Origin: Candidatus Omnitrophota bacterium
Lineage (GTDB): Bacteria > Omnitrophota > Gorgyraeia > Zapsychrales > Fredricksoniimonadaceae
Assembly: GCA_903901225.1 (NCBI GenBank)
Contig: CAIUQE010000010.1
Span: 17,911 to 81,910 of the forward strand
DNA length: 64,000 nucleotides
Reading direction: 5' to 3'
In this document: piece by piece, positions 18,878 to 28,404 of the stretch
Layout of the letters: each line of letters opens with the position of its first letter
How positions within the stretch are numbered: the first letter of the stretch is position 1
Notes under the pieces: model-generated
The model's input: the letters and a program-made list of their open reading frames with translations, nothing else
The model's database searches: none
Told to the model about the DNA's origin: nothing
Position numbers and translations under genes: made by a program

Positions 18878-20692
18878 TCATTCCCGTTCAGGCTTCGCCA
18901 AAACCCGCTTTCCGGCGGGTTTTGCTTTTTCAAGCTTTTCAATGTCGGCCAGCGCCTGGGTGATGGCGGGGTCGCCGGGCTTCACCTGCAACTGGGTGGT
19001 GAGGTAGCGCCGGGCGTCGGTATAGGCGCCTTCGCGGTAGGCGATCTTGACCAGCAGGTCAAGGATGTAGGGCTTTTCATCGCACATCGGGTAGAACTGT
19101 TCCAGGACCCGGCGGGCCTCGCTGTAGTTCTCCTGGTTCAGGAGCACCTGGGCCAAAGACTTGTAAGAGAAGATGAAATTGGGCTGCCGGGCGATGGCCG
19201 TTTCGTAGTTGGCCTGCGCCAGCGCCCACTGCCCCGCGTCGCGATAAATGTTGGCCAGGTTGTGGTAAGCCACGGCGTTGGTCGGGTCGAGGTCAATGGC
19301 CTTTTTGTAGGTGGCGGCGGCTTTATTGATAATGCCCGCGTTCGCGTAGGACATGCCCAGGTTATTGATGACGCGGTAACTCGTCGGGGCTGTCACGGCC
19401 AGTTGTTCGTAAAATTTAATGGCCGTGCGCCAGTCCAGGCAGCGCCAGGCGCTCCTCACCCCGAAAATACAGACAACGCCCAGGACGCAGGCGATGAAGA
19501 GGCGGCGCTGTTTTTCCGTGACGGCGCGTTCATGCGCGAGCACCAAAACAATAATGATGATCCCGATCATCGCGCTATAAAGGAAATGTTCGTAGACCAG
19601 CGCGTTGATGATCACAAAAAGATTACAGGTCGGCAGGATGCCCGTGAAGGCCCATAGCACGCCAAAGGCGACGGCGGGGCGTTTTTTCCAGTTGCGCGCG
19701 GCCAATCCCGCCAGCAGGGCGCACAGTGCCATGCCCCAGAGCACATCCGGTTCAACAAATGATGCCGGCGGGGTTACAAGGCGTTCGACGCGCAGGTCAT
19801 AGGGCGTGAAGATGAACCCCGCGTAGAGCGCGATGGCGCGGAAGAAGGCGGCCAGGCGCATGCCGAAATGCGTGGTGAATGGTGTGTCTTCATGATAAAA
19901 GTTGAACGAGTTGTTGAAATTGAGCACCGTGGCGCGCAGGAGGATGTAGCCGCAGGCCATGAGGATGAACGGCCATAACGCGGCAAGGACGCGGCCGGCT
20001 TTTTTGATAAAAGCTTCCTGAGGCGTGAGGAAAAAGAAATCAGCCAGGGCAATGAAGGCCACCAGAAGGATGCCTGTTTCCTTGGACAGGAGCGCCAGCG
20101 GGTACATCAGTAAAGCCAGCCACCAGGCACTGTTGTGGGGCGCGCTGACGCCCGCGCGGCGGAAGCGGGCGTAGAGGAATATCCCGGCCAGGATGAAGAA
20201 TGTCGCCATGGAGTCGCCCAGGCTGTTCGGATAGACGACCGCTTCGGTGTGCGCCGGATGGACCAGCCAGATGAGCGCGGCGAGGATGGCGATGGTCCTG
20301 TTGGCCAGCAGGCTGTTCAGGACATAAAAGAGCATGATCGCCGCCGCCGTGTGCCAGGCGATGGAGACCGCGTGCCAGCCGCACACCCAGTCGGCCCACA
20401 GGTGCCATTCGACCGCGAAAGTCGCTTGCAGCAGGGGGCGCCAGTAGTTGCTCAGCAGGTGGTTGCCCGCGAGCACGTTCTTCGTGAAGAAATTCGGCCA
20501 GTATTTCCAGTCCTGGATGAAGAGGTTCTTGAGGATGAAATCATCATCGTCCCAGAACATCTGGTTGGGCAGGCACAGGCAGTAGGTCAGGATGGCCGCG
20601 GCGATCAGCAGCAGGAGGACATTCTCGTCCCGCGCGAAGATGCTCCTCGCCCTGTTGATGGCTTTGTCCCAAAAGGATGGCGTGTTTGGCAT
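18878..20692 (-). CDS. Polytopic membrane protein with C-terminal TPR repeats (TMTC/PMT-like GT-C glycosyltransferase-type architecture)
   Basis: 604 aa. ~10 predicted TM helices in the N-terminal 400 aa. C-terminal TPRs (YRVINNLGMSYANAG..., AVAYHNLANIYRDAGQWALAQANYETAIARQP...). Confidence 0.65.
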   Translation of the reverse strand: MPNTPSFWDKAINRARSIFARDENVLLLLIAAAILTYCLCLPNQMFWDDDDFILKNLFIQDWKYWPNFFTKNVLAGNHLLSNYWRPLLQATFAVEWHLWADWVCGWHAVSIAWHTAAAIMLFYVLNSLLANRTIAILAALIWLVHPAHTEAVVYPNSLGDSMATFFILAGIFLYARFRRAGVSAPHNSAWWLALLMYPLALLSKETGILLVAFIALADFFFLTPQEAFIKKAGRVLAALWPFILMACGYILLRATVLNFNNSFNFYHEDTPFTTHFGMRLAAFFRAIALYAGFIFTPYDLRVERLVTPPASFVEPDVLWGMALCALLAGLAARNWKKRPAVAFGVLWAFTGILPTCNLFVIINALVYEHFLYSAMIGIIIIVLVLAHERAVTEKQRRLFIACVLGVVCIFGVRSAWRCLDWRTAIKFYEQLAVTAPTSYRVINNLGMSYANAGIINKAAATYKKAIDLDPTNAVAYHNLANIYRDAGQWALAQANYETAIARQPNFIFSYKSLAQVLLNQENYSEARRVLEQFYPMCDEKPYILDLLVKIAYREGAYTDARRYLTTQLQVKPGDPAITQALADIEKLEKAKPAGKRVLAKPERE

Positions 20693-20751
20693 GGCCGCGG
20701 TTACGTCCGTTAAAAATTAATACACATTATTTTATTTGATATTATAATCTC

Positions 20752-21297
20752 ATGAACATGTGGCGGTTAGTTTTCCTTATAATTTTTATTCCTGCGCTGA
20801 CAGGATGCGACAGGATCTATACGTTTCTGCATAAACCCGGCGGTGAAGAGCGCCAGGTCCTGGGTGTTGTTGAGTTCGACGTGTACAATCCGCGGGTCGA
20901 ACTGATCCAGAAATACCTGCGGCTTCTCGGTTACCATATCGGACGCCCTGACGGGAAGTTCGGCGCGGGGACCCGGGATGCCGTGGCGAAGTTCCAGGCT
21001 GATGAAGATATCGAGGTCACGCGGTTCGTCGACAAGGCGACCTGGGCGAAGCTGCAGGAATATATCCAGGGGCCGTTCGTCAGGAAGGATGCTCTCAATG
21101 CCCGTGCCGTGCAGAAGGCACTGGTCAAGGCGGGGTTCGATCCCGGCAGGCTGGACGGGCAACTGGGCGGGCAGACCAAGTCCGCCCTCAAAGGTTTCCA
21201 GCGGGAGCATGGCCTGACACCCGACGGGCTTACCGGGTCCAAAACGTTGCGCGCGTTGTTACCCTATGCAACACAGCCGGCAGCGGCTGCTAAATAA
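20752..21297 (+). CDS. Lipoprotein with two peptidoglycan-binding (PG_binding_1) domains
   Basis: Lipobox ALTGC. Two repeats of the LGYHIGRPDGKFGAGTRDAVAKFQ / AGFDPGRLDGQLGGQTKSALKGFQREHGL type. TATAAT sits 6 nt upstream. Confidence 0.7.
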   Translation: MNMWRLVFLIIFIPALTGCDRIYTFLHKPGGEERQVLGVVEFDVYNPRVELIQKYLRLLGYHIGRPDGKFGAGTRDAVAKFQADEDIEVTRFVDKATWAKLQEYIQGPFVRKDALNARAVQKALVKAGFDPGRLDGQLGGQTKSALKGFQREHGLTPDGLTGSKTLRALLPYATQPAAAAK

Positions 21298-21311
21298 CGA
21301 AAGCATTGTTT

Positions 21312-23225
21312 ATGAATATCATCGTTCTTGTCAAACAGGTCCCGGATGTGTCGAATATTCCCGCCGAGGCATGGGACCGTGAAAAAGGCACGCTCAAGCG
21401 CAATCTTCTCGAAGCTGTTTTTAACCCGCTGGACCTTCAGGCGCTGACCTTTGCCTGCCGGATGCGCGACCTTTTGCCTGAAAAAGGCCGGGTCGTCGCG
21501 TTGACCATGGGTCCGCCCATGGCGCGCGGGATGCTCGAAGATGCCCTCGCGCGTGGCGCGGATGAAGCCGTGCTGCTGACGGACATGAAATTCGCCGGAG
21601 CTGATACGCCGGCCACGGCTTTTGCCCTGGCCCAGGCCGTGCGCCGGATCAGCCGCGACATTTTCAAGGACGAGAAATATATCATTGTTTCCGGCATGCA
21701 GTCCGTTGACGGCGACACGGCGCAGGTGCCGCCCCAGATCGCGGAAGAACTTGGTATCGAGCACATTGCCTACGCCCGCGGGGTTGAGGTGGATGCTGAT
21801 GGCACGTTGCGCATCGAGCGTGTCGGGCCCGAGGGGCTGGAGGTGCTGAGTTCCACGCGCTATCCTTATCTTGTGACCGTGATACGGTGCATGGATGCCT
21901 TGAACCGTTCGTTCCAGCGCACGCGCGCCATACGCCTGGGGCAGGGCGGCAAGGTCCAGGTCTGGGATGCCGCCGCGGTCGACGCTCCGGCGCAGAAGAT
22001 CGGGTTGAAAGGTTCGCGCACCTGGGTGTCGCGTGTTTTTTCCTCGTCACTGGAACGCGCCAAGCCCTGCGTTTTTCCTGAAGACATGGGAGCCCTCCTG
22101 GAACATTTGAAGAAGGATTATCAGCACGGGTGTTTTTCCCAGGAAGCCGCGGCGGCCCGTTATGACCTTGCCGGAAAACAGCCGACTTACCATGGCGAGG
22201 TCTGGGTTTACGGCGAGGTCAACCAGGGGCGTTTGACAGGGGTCACGCTGGAACTGGTCGCGAAAGCGCGCGAACTGGCCGATGTGCTTCACGAAAAAGT
22301 CGCGGTCGTTCTTCTTGGCGATGATGAGCGAGCCCATGCCCCCGCCCTTTTCGCCGCGGGCGCGGATAAAGTTTATCTGGCAGAACATCCTTTGTTGAAA
22401 GAGTTCCTGCCCATTCCTTATAAGAAGACCGTGGCCGCGATGGCCGCGCAATATAAGCCGCAGATCATCCTGCTGGGAGCGACAACGTTGGGCCGCGAAC
22501 TGGGCCCCCGCATCGCGTACGCGCTGAGCGCCGGGCTGACCGCGGATTGCACCGGCCTTGAGATCGGGGACCAGGCGCAGGGCAAGGACATGTACGTGGC
22601 CGCGCTCAAGCAGACGCGCCCCGCGCTGGGCGGTAATATCATGGCGACGATCCTGACGAAGGATTCGCCGTTCCAGATGGCGACTGTCAGGGCCGGGGTT
22701 TTCACTGCCCTGCAGCCAACGGCGCGCGCGGGTGAGGTCGTTCAGTTCACGCCGCAGATCGAGGCTGACGATATCCGTCTCGCGTGCCATCGCCGCAGCG
22801 CCCCCGCGGCCGAAGTGCATCTGGAACATGCTGACATCATCATTGCCGGAGGCCGTGGCATGGGATCACGCGCGGCTTTTGAGGAATATGCCCGTCCGCT
22901 GGCCGAGGCGCTGGGCAGCCTTTTCAATACCAAAGTGGAGCTTGCCGGGTCGCGCATGGCGGTCGAGGACGGGTTCATTGCCCAGCCGCGCCAGGTGGGG
23001 CAGACCGGACAGACCGTGGCGCCGAAACTTTACGTGGCGCTGGGGATCTCGGGTGCTGTGCAGCATGTGGCGGGCATGCAGCGTTCGGGTTTGATCCTGT
23101 CGGTCAACAAGGACCCGCAGGCGCGCATGTACAAACATTCCGATTACGGGGTAGTGGGTTCCGTGGAAGATGTTGTCCTGAAATTGATCAATGCCATAAA
23201 AGGAGGCCGTCATGGATCCCGTTGA
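21312..23225 (+). CDS. Fused electron-transfer flavoprotein beta+alpha subunits (EtfB-EtfA / FixA-FixB fusion)
   Basis: N-terminus MNIIVLVKQVPD (EtfB) through ~residue 260. Then the EtfA FAD-binding region (ILLGATTLGRELGPRIAYALSAGLTADCTGLEI...IAGGRGMGS...YVALGISGAVQHVAGM). ATG 21312 is preferred over the track TTG 21306. Confidence 0.8.
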   Translation: MNIIVLVKQVPDVSNIPAEAWDREKGTLKRNLLEAVFNPLDLQALTFACRMRDLLPEKGRVVALTMGPPMARGMLEDALARGADEAVLLTDMKFAGADTPATAFALAQAVRRISRDIFKDEKYIIVSGMQSVDGDTAQVPPQIAEELGIEHIAYARGVEVDADGTLRIERVGPEGLEVLSSTRYPYLVTVIRCMDALNRSFQRTRAIRLGQGGKVQVWDAAAVDAPAQKIGLKGSRTWVSRVFSSSLERAKPCVFPEDMGALLEHLKKDYQHGCFSQEAAAARYDLAGKQPTYHGEVWVYGEVNQGRLTGVTLELVAKARELADVLHEKVAVVLLGDDERAHAPALFAAGADKVYLAEHPLLKEFLPIPYKKTVAAMAAQYKPQIILLGATTLGRELGPRIAYALSAGLTADCTGLEIGDQAQGKDMYVAALKQTRPALGGNIMATILTKDSPFQMATVRAGVFTALQPTARAGEVVQFTPQIEADDIRLACHRRSAPAAEVHLEHADIIIAGGRGMGSRAAFEEYARPLAEALGSLFNTKVELAGSRMAVEDGFIAQPRQVGQTGQTVAPKLYVALGISGAVQHVAGMQRSGLILSVNKDPQARMYKHSDYGVVGSVEDVVLKLINAIKGGRHGSR

Positions 23226-24756
23226 CCTTCTTGTGATCGGCGCAGGCCCTGCGGGCCTTGCCGCGGCGATCCGTTTCAAACAGAAGAACAAGGATGCTTC
23301 GGTCGTTGTTGTGGACAAGGCGTTCAAGCCGGGGGCGCATACGCTCTCGGGCGCGGTGTTCGAGACGGCCTGCCTGGATGAACTTGTGCCGGGCTGGAGA
23401 GAGGCTCCCGATTCTTTCTTCGCGCAGATGATGCCCGTTGAAAAGGACGAGATGTATTTCCTGACGGCAAAAGCTTCCTGGCAGGTCCCTTCAGCCCTTG
23501 TTCCCGGCGGGATGCATCATCAGGGCGATCATCTGATCCCCCTGGGGCAAATGGTGGCTTGGCTGGCCAAGGTGGCGGCGGGCCTGGGTGTCGAGATCTA
23601 CACGGGATTTTCGGCCAAAGAGCTTGTGTGGGAGCAGGATGTTGTCAAAGGTGTCAGGCTCGTTGACCAGGGGTTTGGGCATGACGGGAAGCCGAAGCCG
23701 AACTTCCTGGCCGGTGAAACGATCCGGGCAAAAGTCACGATCCTGGCTGACGGCGGGCGTGGTGTCCTGTCCAGGAAATACGCGCGCAAGGCCGGCGGGA
23801 ACCAAAATCCTCAAGTCTATTCGATCGGCGTCAAGGAATTGCTGCGGGTGCCTTCGGCCAACGGGTTCGGGCCCAACCGCGCGGTCCACACGCTGGGTTT
23901 TCCCGTCAGGCCGGATGTTTTCGGCGGCGGTTTTGTTTACAGCATGGGCAAGGACCTTGTGGCTGTCGGGCTCATCCTCGGCCTTGACTGGCCCTACACG
24001 GACCTTGACCCCCAGCAGGAACTTGAGATCTACAAGGCGCATCCCTTGATCGCGGGGTTCCTGAAAGACGGGGTTGTGATCGAGGGCGGGGCCAAGGCGA
24101 TACCCGAGGGCGGGTTCTTCGCGCTGCCCGCGCTTTCAGGTCCTGGCGTTATTCTCGTCGGGGACGCCGCGGGATTTGTGAATATGGAAAAGATCAAAGG
24201 GATCCACTACGCCATCCTTTCCGGGATGGCGGCGGCCGACGCGGTGGCCGCGGGGGATCTTTCTCTTTATAAGGCCAACCTTGAGGCGCGCGGCGTCACG
24301 CGTGACATGCATCACGCCAGGAACTTCCGCGCGGCCTTCCAGGCAGGGCTTTTTACCGGGGCGCCGTTATCGATGGTACAATCGTTGTGGCCCTTCCGTA
24401 TCGGGATGCACCAGGACCATACGGCGACCCGTTCCGGGGCCGCCTTGAAACGGGACCATAAGGGCGGGCTTGACCGGGTAGGGCTTGCGGCGCTTTCAGG
24501 CACCATGCACCGTGAAGACGAGCCGTCGCATATTACGATACCCGACACGAACCTGTGCCGCCGTTGCCAGAAAGAATTCAACAGCCCGTGCACGCGCTTT
24601 TGCCCGGTGGAGGTTTACCGCCGCAAAGGGGACCTTGTCCATATCAGCGCGTCGAACTGCGTGCACTGCGGCAGCTGTGTCGTCAAATGCCCGCTGGCGA
24701 ATATTGTCTGGGCCCCGCCCGAAGGTGGCGAAGGGCCGCGTTATAAAATGATGTGA
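23212..24756 (+). CDS. ETF-quinone oxidoreductase-type flavoprotein with C-terminal 4Fe-4S ferredoxin domain (FixC-FixX-like)
   Basis: FAD Rossmann DLLVIGAGPAGLAAA. C-terminal Cys cluster (CRRCQKEF...CTRFCPVEVY...CVHCGSCVVKCP). Overlaps the etfBA stop. Confidence 0.8.
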   Translation: MDPVDLLVIGAGPAGLAAAIRFKQKNKDASVVVVDKAFKPGAHTLSGAVFETACLDELVPGWREAPDSFFAQMMPVEKDEMYFLTAKASWQVPSALVPGGMHHQGDHLIPLGQMVAWLAKVAAGLGVEIYTGFSAKELVWEQDVVKGVRLVDQGFGHDGKPKPNFLAGETIRAKVTILADGGRGVLSRKYARKAGGNQNPQVYSIGVKELLRVPSANGFGPNRAVHTLGFPVRPDVFGGGFVYSMGKDLVAVGLILGLDWPYTDLDPQQELEIYKAHPLIAGFLKDGVVIEGGAKAIPEGGFFALPALSGPGVILVGDAAGFVNMEKIKGIHYAILSGMAAADAVAAGDLSLYKANLEARGVTRDMHHARNFRAAFQAGLFTGAPLSMVQSLWPFRIGMHQDHTATRSGAALKRDHKGGLDRVGLAALSGTMHREDEPSHITIPDTNLCRRCQKEFNSPCTRFCPVEVYRRKGDLVHISASNCVHCGSCVVKCPLANIVWAPPEGGEGPRYKMM

Positions 24757-24767
24757 CGGGAGGTCTT

Positions 24768-25994
24768 ATGGCCGTGAAAAAAACAACTTTCTCCGCCGCG
24801 GACGAGCTCAAGGTCCTGCGCAAGGTCGTTGATATCACCACGTCGGAACTGGAACTTGACGGGGTATTGCACGAGATCGTCAGGACGGTGGCCGACATGG
24901 CCCGCGCGGACTCGGTCTTCATCTATCTTTTCGACGAGGACAAGAAGCATCTGATCCTGCGCGCTTCGAAGACGGCCCATACGAAAGAGCTTGGCCATGT
25001 CCTGCTCAAGGTCGGCGAAGGCCTCACGGGCTGGGCGGCCAAGAACAACAAGCCGGTCGTCATCCATGAGAACGCGTATAAGGACCCGCGGTTCAAGGCG
25101 TTCGCCGTCCTGCCCGAAGACCAGTATGAAGCTTTCCTGGCGCTGCCGGTCGTTTATCAGGGCAAGGCGATCGGGGTCATCAATGTCCAGCACAAGCATG
25201 TTCATGAATATCCGCTGAATGTGGTGAACCTCCTGGCGATCATCGCGCGCCAGGTGGGCGGGGCCATCGAGCATGCCCGGCTTTACAGTGAAACACACGC
25301 CAAGGCGATCCAGTTCGACGCGCTGGTGAGGGTCAGCCAGACGATCACGTCGGAAAAATACCTGGACGAGATCCTGAGCCTCATTGTCGTGGTGACGGCC
25401 GAAATGCTCAATTCGAAGATATGTTCCATCATGCTCCTGGACGCCAAGGGAGTGGAGCTGTCCATCAAGGCCACCCAGAGCCTGAGCGACGATTACAAGA
25501 GGAAGCCGAACCTGCGGGTCGATTCGAGCATGATGGGCGAGGTCCTGCGCAGCCGCAAGGCGATCGTCGTGGATGATGTCCGCCGGGAAAAACGGTATTT
25601 TTACCGGGAGATGGCCATCAAGGAAGGCTTGACGTCGATGCTCGCGGTCCCGATGGTCGTTCGTGACAAGGCCGTGGGCGTCATCAACATTTATACGAAA
25701 GAGCCGCATTTGTTCACGCAGAACGAGATCGGGATCCTGCAGATGGTGGCCAACCAGGCGGCGGTCGCGGTGGAGAACACCAAGCTCATGGAAGAGGCCC
25801 TCAAGGCCAAGGAAGCGCTGGAGACGAGGAAGCTCATTGAGCGCGCCAAGGGGGCGCTCATGAAGATGCAGAACCTTTCCGAAGACGCGGCGTACCGCCT
25901 GATCCACAAGAAGAGCATGGACACCTGCAAGACCATGAAGGATATTTCGGAGTCCATCCTGCTTTTGGCGGACATCCAGGGCAGTAAAATTTAA
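24768..25994 (+). CDS. GAF-GAF-ANTAR RNA-binding antitermination-type regulator
   Basis: RBS gggagg precedes ATG 24768. Two GAF-like blocks. C-terminal ANTAR helix bundle (LETRKLIERAKGALMKMQNLSEDAAYRLIHKKSMDT). The track ORF starts at GTG 24753. Confidence 0.75.
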   Translation: MAVKKTTFSAADELKVLRKVVDITTSELELDGVLHEIVRTVADMARADSVFIYLFDEDKKHLILRASKTAHTKELGHVLLKVGEGLTGWAAKNNKPVVIHENAYKDPRFKAFAVLPEDQYEAFLALPVVYQGKAIGVINVQHKHVHEYPLNVVNLLAIIARQVGGAIEHARLYSETHAKAIQFDALVRVSQTITSEKYLDEILSLIVVVTAEMLNSKICSIMLLDAKGVELSIKATQSLSDDYKRKPNLRVDSSMMGEVLRSRKAIVVDDVRREKRYFYREMAIKEGLTSMLAVPMVVRDKAVGVINIYTKEPHLFTQNEIGILQMVANQAAVAVENTKLMEEALKAKEALETRKLIERAKGALMKMQNLSEDAAYRLIHKKSMDTCKTMKDISESILLLADIQGSKI

Positions 25995-25996
25995 AA

Positions 25997-26025
25997 TTGA
26001 CAAAGAAAAAGACCCGCTATATACT
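25997..26025 (+). promoter_or_regulatory. Near-consensus sigma70 promoter upstream of glnN (TTGACA-17-TATACT)
   Basis: TTGACA 25997-26002, 17-bp spacer, TATACT 26020-26025. Lies immediately after the ANTAR gene stop. Confidence 0.5.
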
Positions 26026-26141
26026 TTGTTGAGTTTTGAAGACAGCGCGGTCTTTAACTACATTTAGAGAAGCAGGGCAATGATGTCCTTTTTTGGAGAA
26101 AAAGATTTTTCCGGAAGAGGGCTTTTTTATTAGCAAGGCGC

Positions 26142-28286
26142 ATGAAGCCCTCAAACAAGTTTCAATCAATCATAACAAGGAGCGACGGTATGGCGAAGGG
26201 AACCAAGAAGGTCATCAGCACGGTGGAGGCTATCTACGGCGAGAATGTCTTTAACGCCAAGGTCATGAAACAGTACCTGTCAAAGAAAGCGTTCGATTCA
26301 TTGAGCAAGACGATCAATGACGGCGGCGCGATCGACCCCAAGATCGCGGACGAGGTCGCGCAGGCCATGAAGGACTGGGCCGTTTCCAAGGGCGCCACGC
26401 ATTTTTGCCACTGGTTCCAGCCTTTGACCGGCTCCACGGCCGAGAAGCACGATTCGTTCATTTCTCCTGATGGCCAGGGTGGCGTCAAGATGGAATTTTC
26501 CGCGAAAGAGCTTATCCAGGGTGAGCCGGACGCCTCATCGTTCCCGTCGGGCGGTTTGCGCGCGACGTTCGAGGCCCGCGGTTACACGGCCTGGGACCCG
26601 ACCAGCCCCGCGTTCATCAAGGAAGGCGAGGATGGGACGACATTGTGTATTCCCACGGTTTTCTGCGGGTACCATGGTGAAGCGCTCGACAAGAAAACGC
26701 CGCTCCTGCGTTCTTCCGCGGCCCTCGCGAAGCAGATGGATCGTGCCGGCAAGATTTTCGGCGTCAAGGCGGTTACCAAGGCGTACGTGACCCTGGGGCC
26801 CGAACAGGAATATTTCCTGATCGACAAGACGTATTACGAGCAGCGCCTGGACCTTATCCAGACCGGTCGCACGCTGTTTGGCCGCAAGCCTGCCCGTCAT
26901 CAGCAGATGGAAGATCATTATTTCGGTGCCATCCGCCCGCGGATCCTGGCGTTCATGGAGGACCTGGACCAGGCGCTGTGGAAGCTCGGCATGCCCTCGA
27001 AGACCCGTCATAATGAGGTGTCCCCGGCGCAGTTCGAGATCGCGCCGATTTACGAGCGGCTCAACCTTGCCGTCGACCATAACCTGATCTGCATGGAGCT
27101 CATGCGCCAGATCGCCGACAAGCACGGGTTGGTGTGCCTCCTGCACGAGAAGCCGTTCGCCGGCGTCAACGGGTCGGGCAAGCACAACAACTGGTCTGTC
27201 GTCGGGCCTGATAGCAAGAACTGGCTCTATCCGGGTTCCAGCCCGCACGAGAACGCGAAGTTCTTGTTCACGCTGTGCGCGATCATCAAGGCGGTCGATA
27301 CGCACGCGGACCTGTTGCGCGCGGCTGTCGCGTCACCGGGCAACGACCACCGCCTGGGTGCCAATGAAGCGCCTCCGGCGATCATCTCGATCTTCCTGGG
27401 CGACCAGCTCAACGATATCGTGGAGCAGATCGAAAAGGGAGCGGCCACCAGCGCGAAGTCCGGCGGCACCATCACCATCGGCGCCGATGTCATTCCGACG
27501 CTGCCGCGTGATGCGACCGATCGTAACCGCACCTCGCCGTTCGCGTTCACGGGCAACAAGTTCGAGTTCCGCGCGGTAGGGTCCAACATGAACCCCGCGG
27601 CCGCGAACGTGGTCCTGAACACCATCGTGGCCGAGGCCATTGATGAGCTCTCGACCCAGCTTGAGGCGGATGTCAAGGCGAAGAAGGACTTCAACAAGTC
27701 CCTCCAGGCCCTGTTGCAAGCTGTCATCAAGAAGCACAAGCGTGTCATTTTCAACGGTGATAATTACACCGAAGAATGGCACAAGGAGGCCGAGCGCCGC
27801 GGGCTGCCGAACAAGAAGACCACGCCCGAGGCCCTCAAGGCTTATGAGACCGAAAAGGCGATCAAGCTTTTCGAGAAATACGCGGTCCTCACGAAAAAAG
27901 AGCTCCTGTCCCGTTATGAGATCTATATCCATAACTACAAGAGCGTCCTGAGCTACGAGGGCGAGTGCGCCCGGACGATCGCGGCGACGCAGATCCTCCC
28001 GGTGGCGTTCCAGTACCAGGCCAACCTTGCCGCGACGGTGAAAGCCGTTGACGAGGCCGGCGCGAAGTCAGGCGTTGCCAAGGAAGTCCTTGTGGAGGTT
28101 TCCGGCCTTATCGGGAAACTCGACACGGGGATCAAGGCGCTCGAAGCGGCCGTTGAGGCGCATGATACGGACAGTATCAAGTCGGCCCTTGTTGAAACGC
28201 GCGTGGCTGTCGACGCCCTTGAGGCGCTTGTTCCGGCGGACGCGTGGCCGTTGCCGACGTACGCGGAAATGCTGTTCCTGTATTAA
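26142..28286 (+). CDS. glnN: Glutamine synthetase type III
   Basis: 714 aa. N-terminus aligns with Bacteroides GlnN (KPSNKF...HFCHWFQPLTGSTAEKHDSF). The GS catalytic core and its ~700-aa length fit GSIII. An alternative start is ATG 26190, which has RBS aaggag. Confidence 0.9.
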   Translation: MKPSNKFQSIITRSDGMAKGTKKVISTVEAIYGENVFNAKVMKQYLSKKAFDSLSKTINDGGAIDPKIADEVAQAMKDWAVSKGATHFCHWFQPLTGSTAEKHDSFISPDGQGGVKMEFSAKELIQGEPDASSFPSGGLRATFEARGYTAWDPTSPAFIKEGEDGTTLCIPTVFCGYHGEALDKKTPLLRSSAALAKQMDRAGKIFGVKAVTKAYVTLGPEQEYFLIDKTYYEQRLDLIQTGRTLFGRKPARHQQMEDHYFGAIRPRILAFMEDLDQALWKLGMPSKTRHNEVSPAQFEIAPIYERLNLAVDHNLICMELMRQIADKHGLVCLLHEKPFAGVNGSGKHNNWSVVGPDSKNWLYPGSSPHENAKFLFTLCAIIKAVDTHADLLRAAVASPGNDHRLGANEAPPAIISIFLGDQLNDIVEQIEKGAATSAKSGGTITIGADVIPTLPRDATDRNRTSPFAFTGNKFEFRAVGSNMNPAAANVVLNTIVAEAIDELSTQLEADVKAKKDFNKSLQALLQAVIKKHKRVIFNGDNYTEEWHKEAERRGLPNKKTTPEALKAYETEKAIKLFEKYAVLTKKELLSRYEIYIHNYKSVLSYEGECARTIAATQILPVAFQYQANLAATVKAVDEAGAKSGVAKEVLVEVSGLIGKLDTGIKALEAAVEAHDTDSIKSALVETRVAVDALEALVPADAWPLPTYAEMLFLY

Positions 28287-28295
28287 AGACCTTCC

Positions 28296-28378
28296 CGGTC
28301 CCGGAGGCAGTTGCGATGGCCTTCGGGACCGTCCCGGTTTTCAGGGCTTGGCGCCGGATGGGCCAGGCCCTTTTTTTC
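28296..28378 (+). terminator. Tandem intrinsic terminator hairpins after glnN
   Basis: 12-bp stem CGGTCCCGGAGG...CCTTCGGGACCG (28296-28331), then GGGCCaGGCCC followed by T7 (28360-28377). Confidence 0.6.
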
Positions 28379-28404
28379 AATTTGTGAAATAATAACGGTG
28401 TGTT

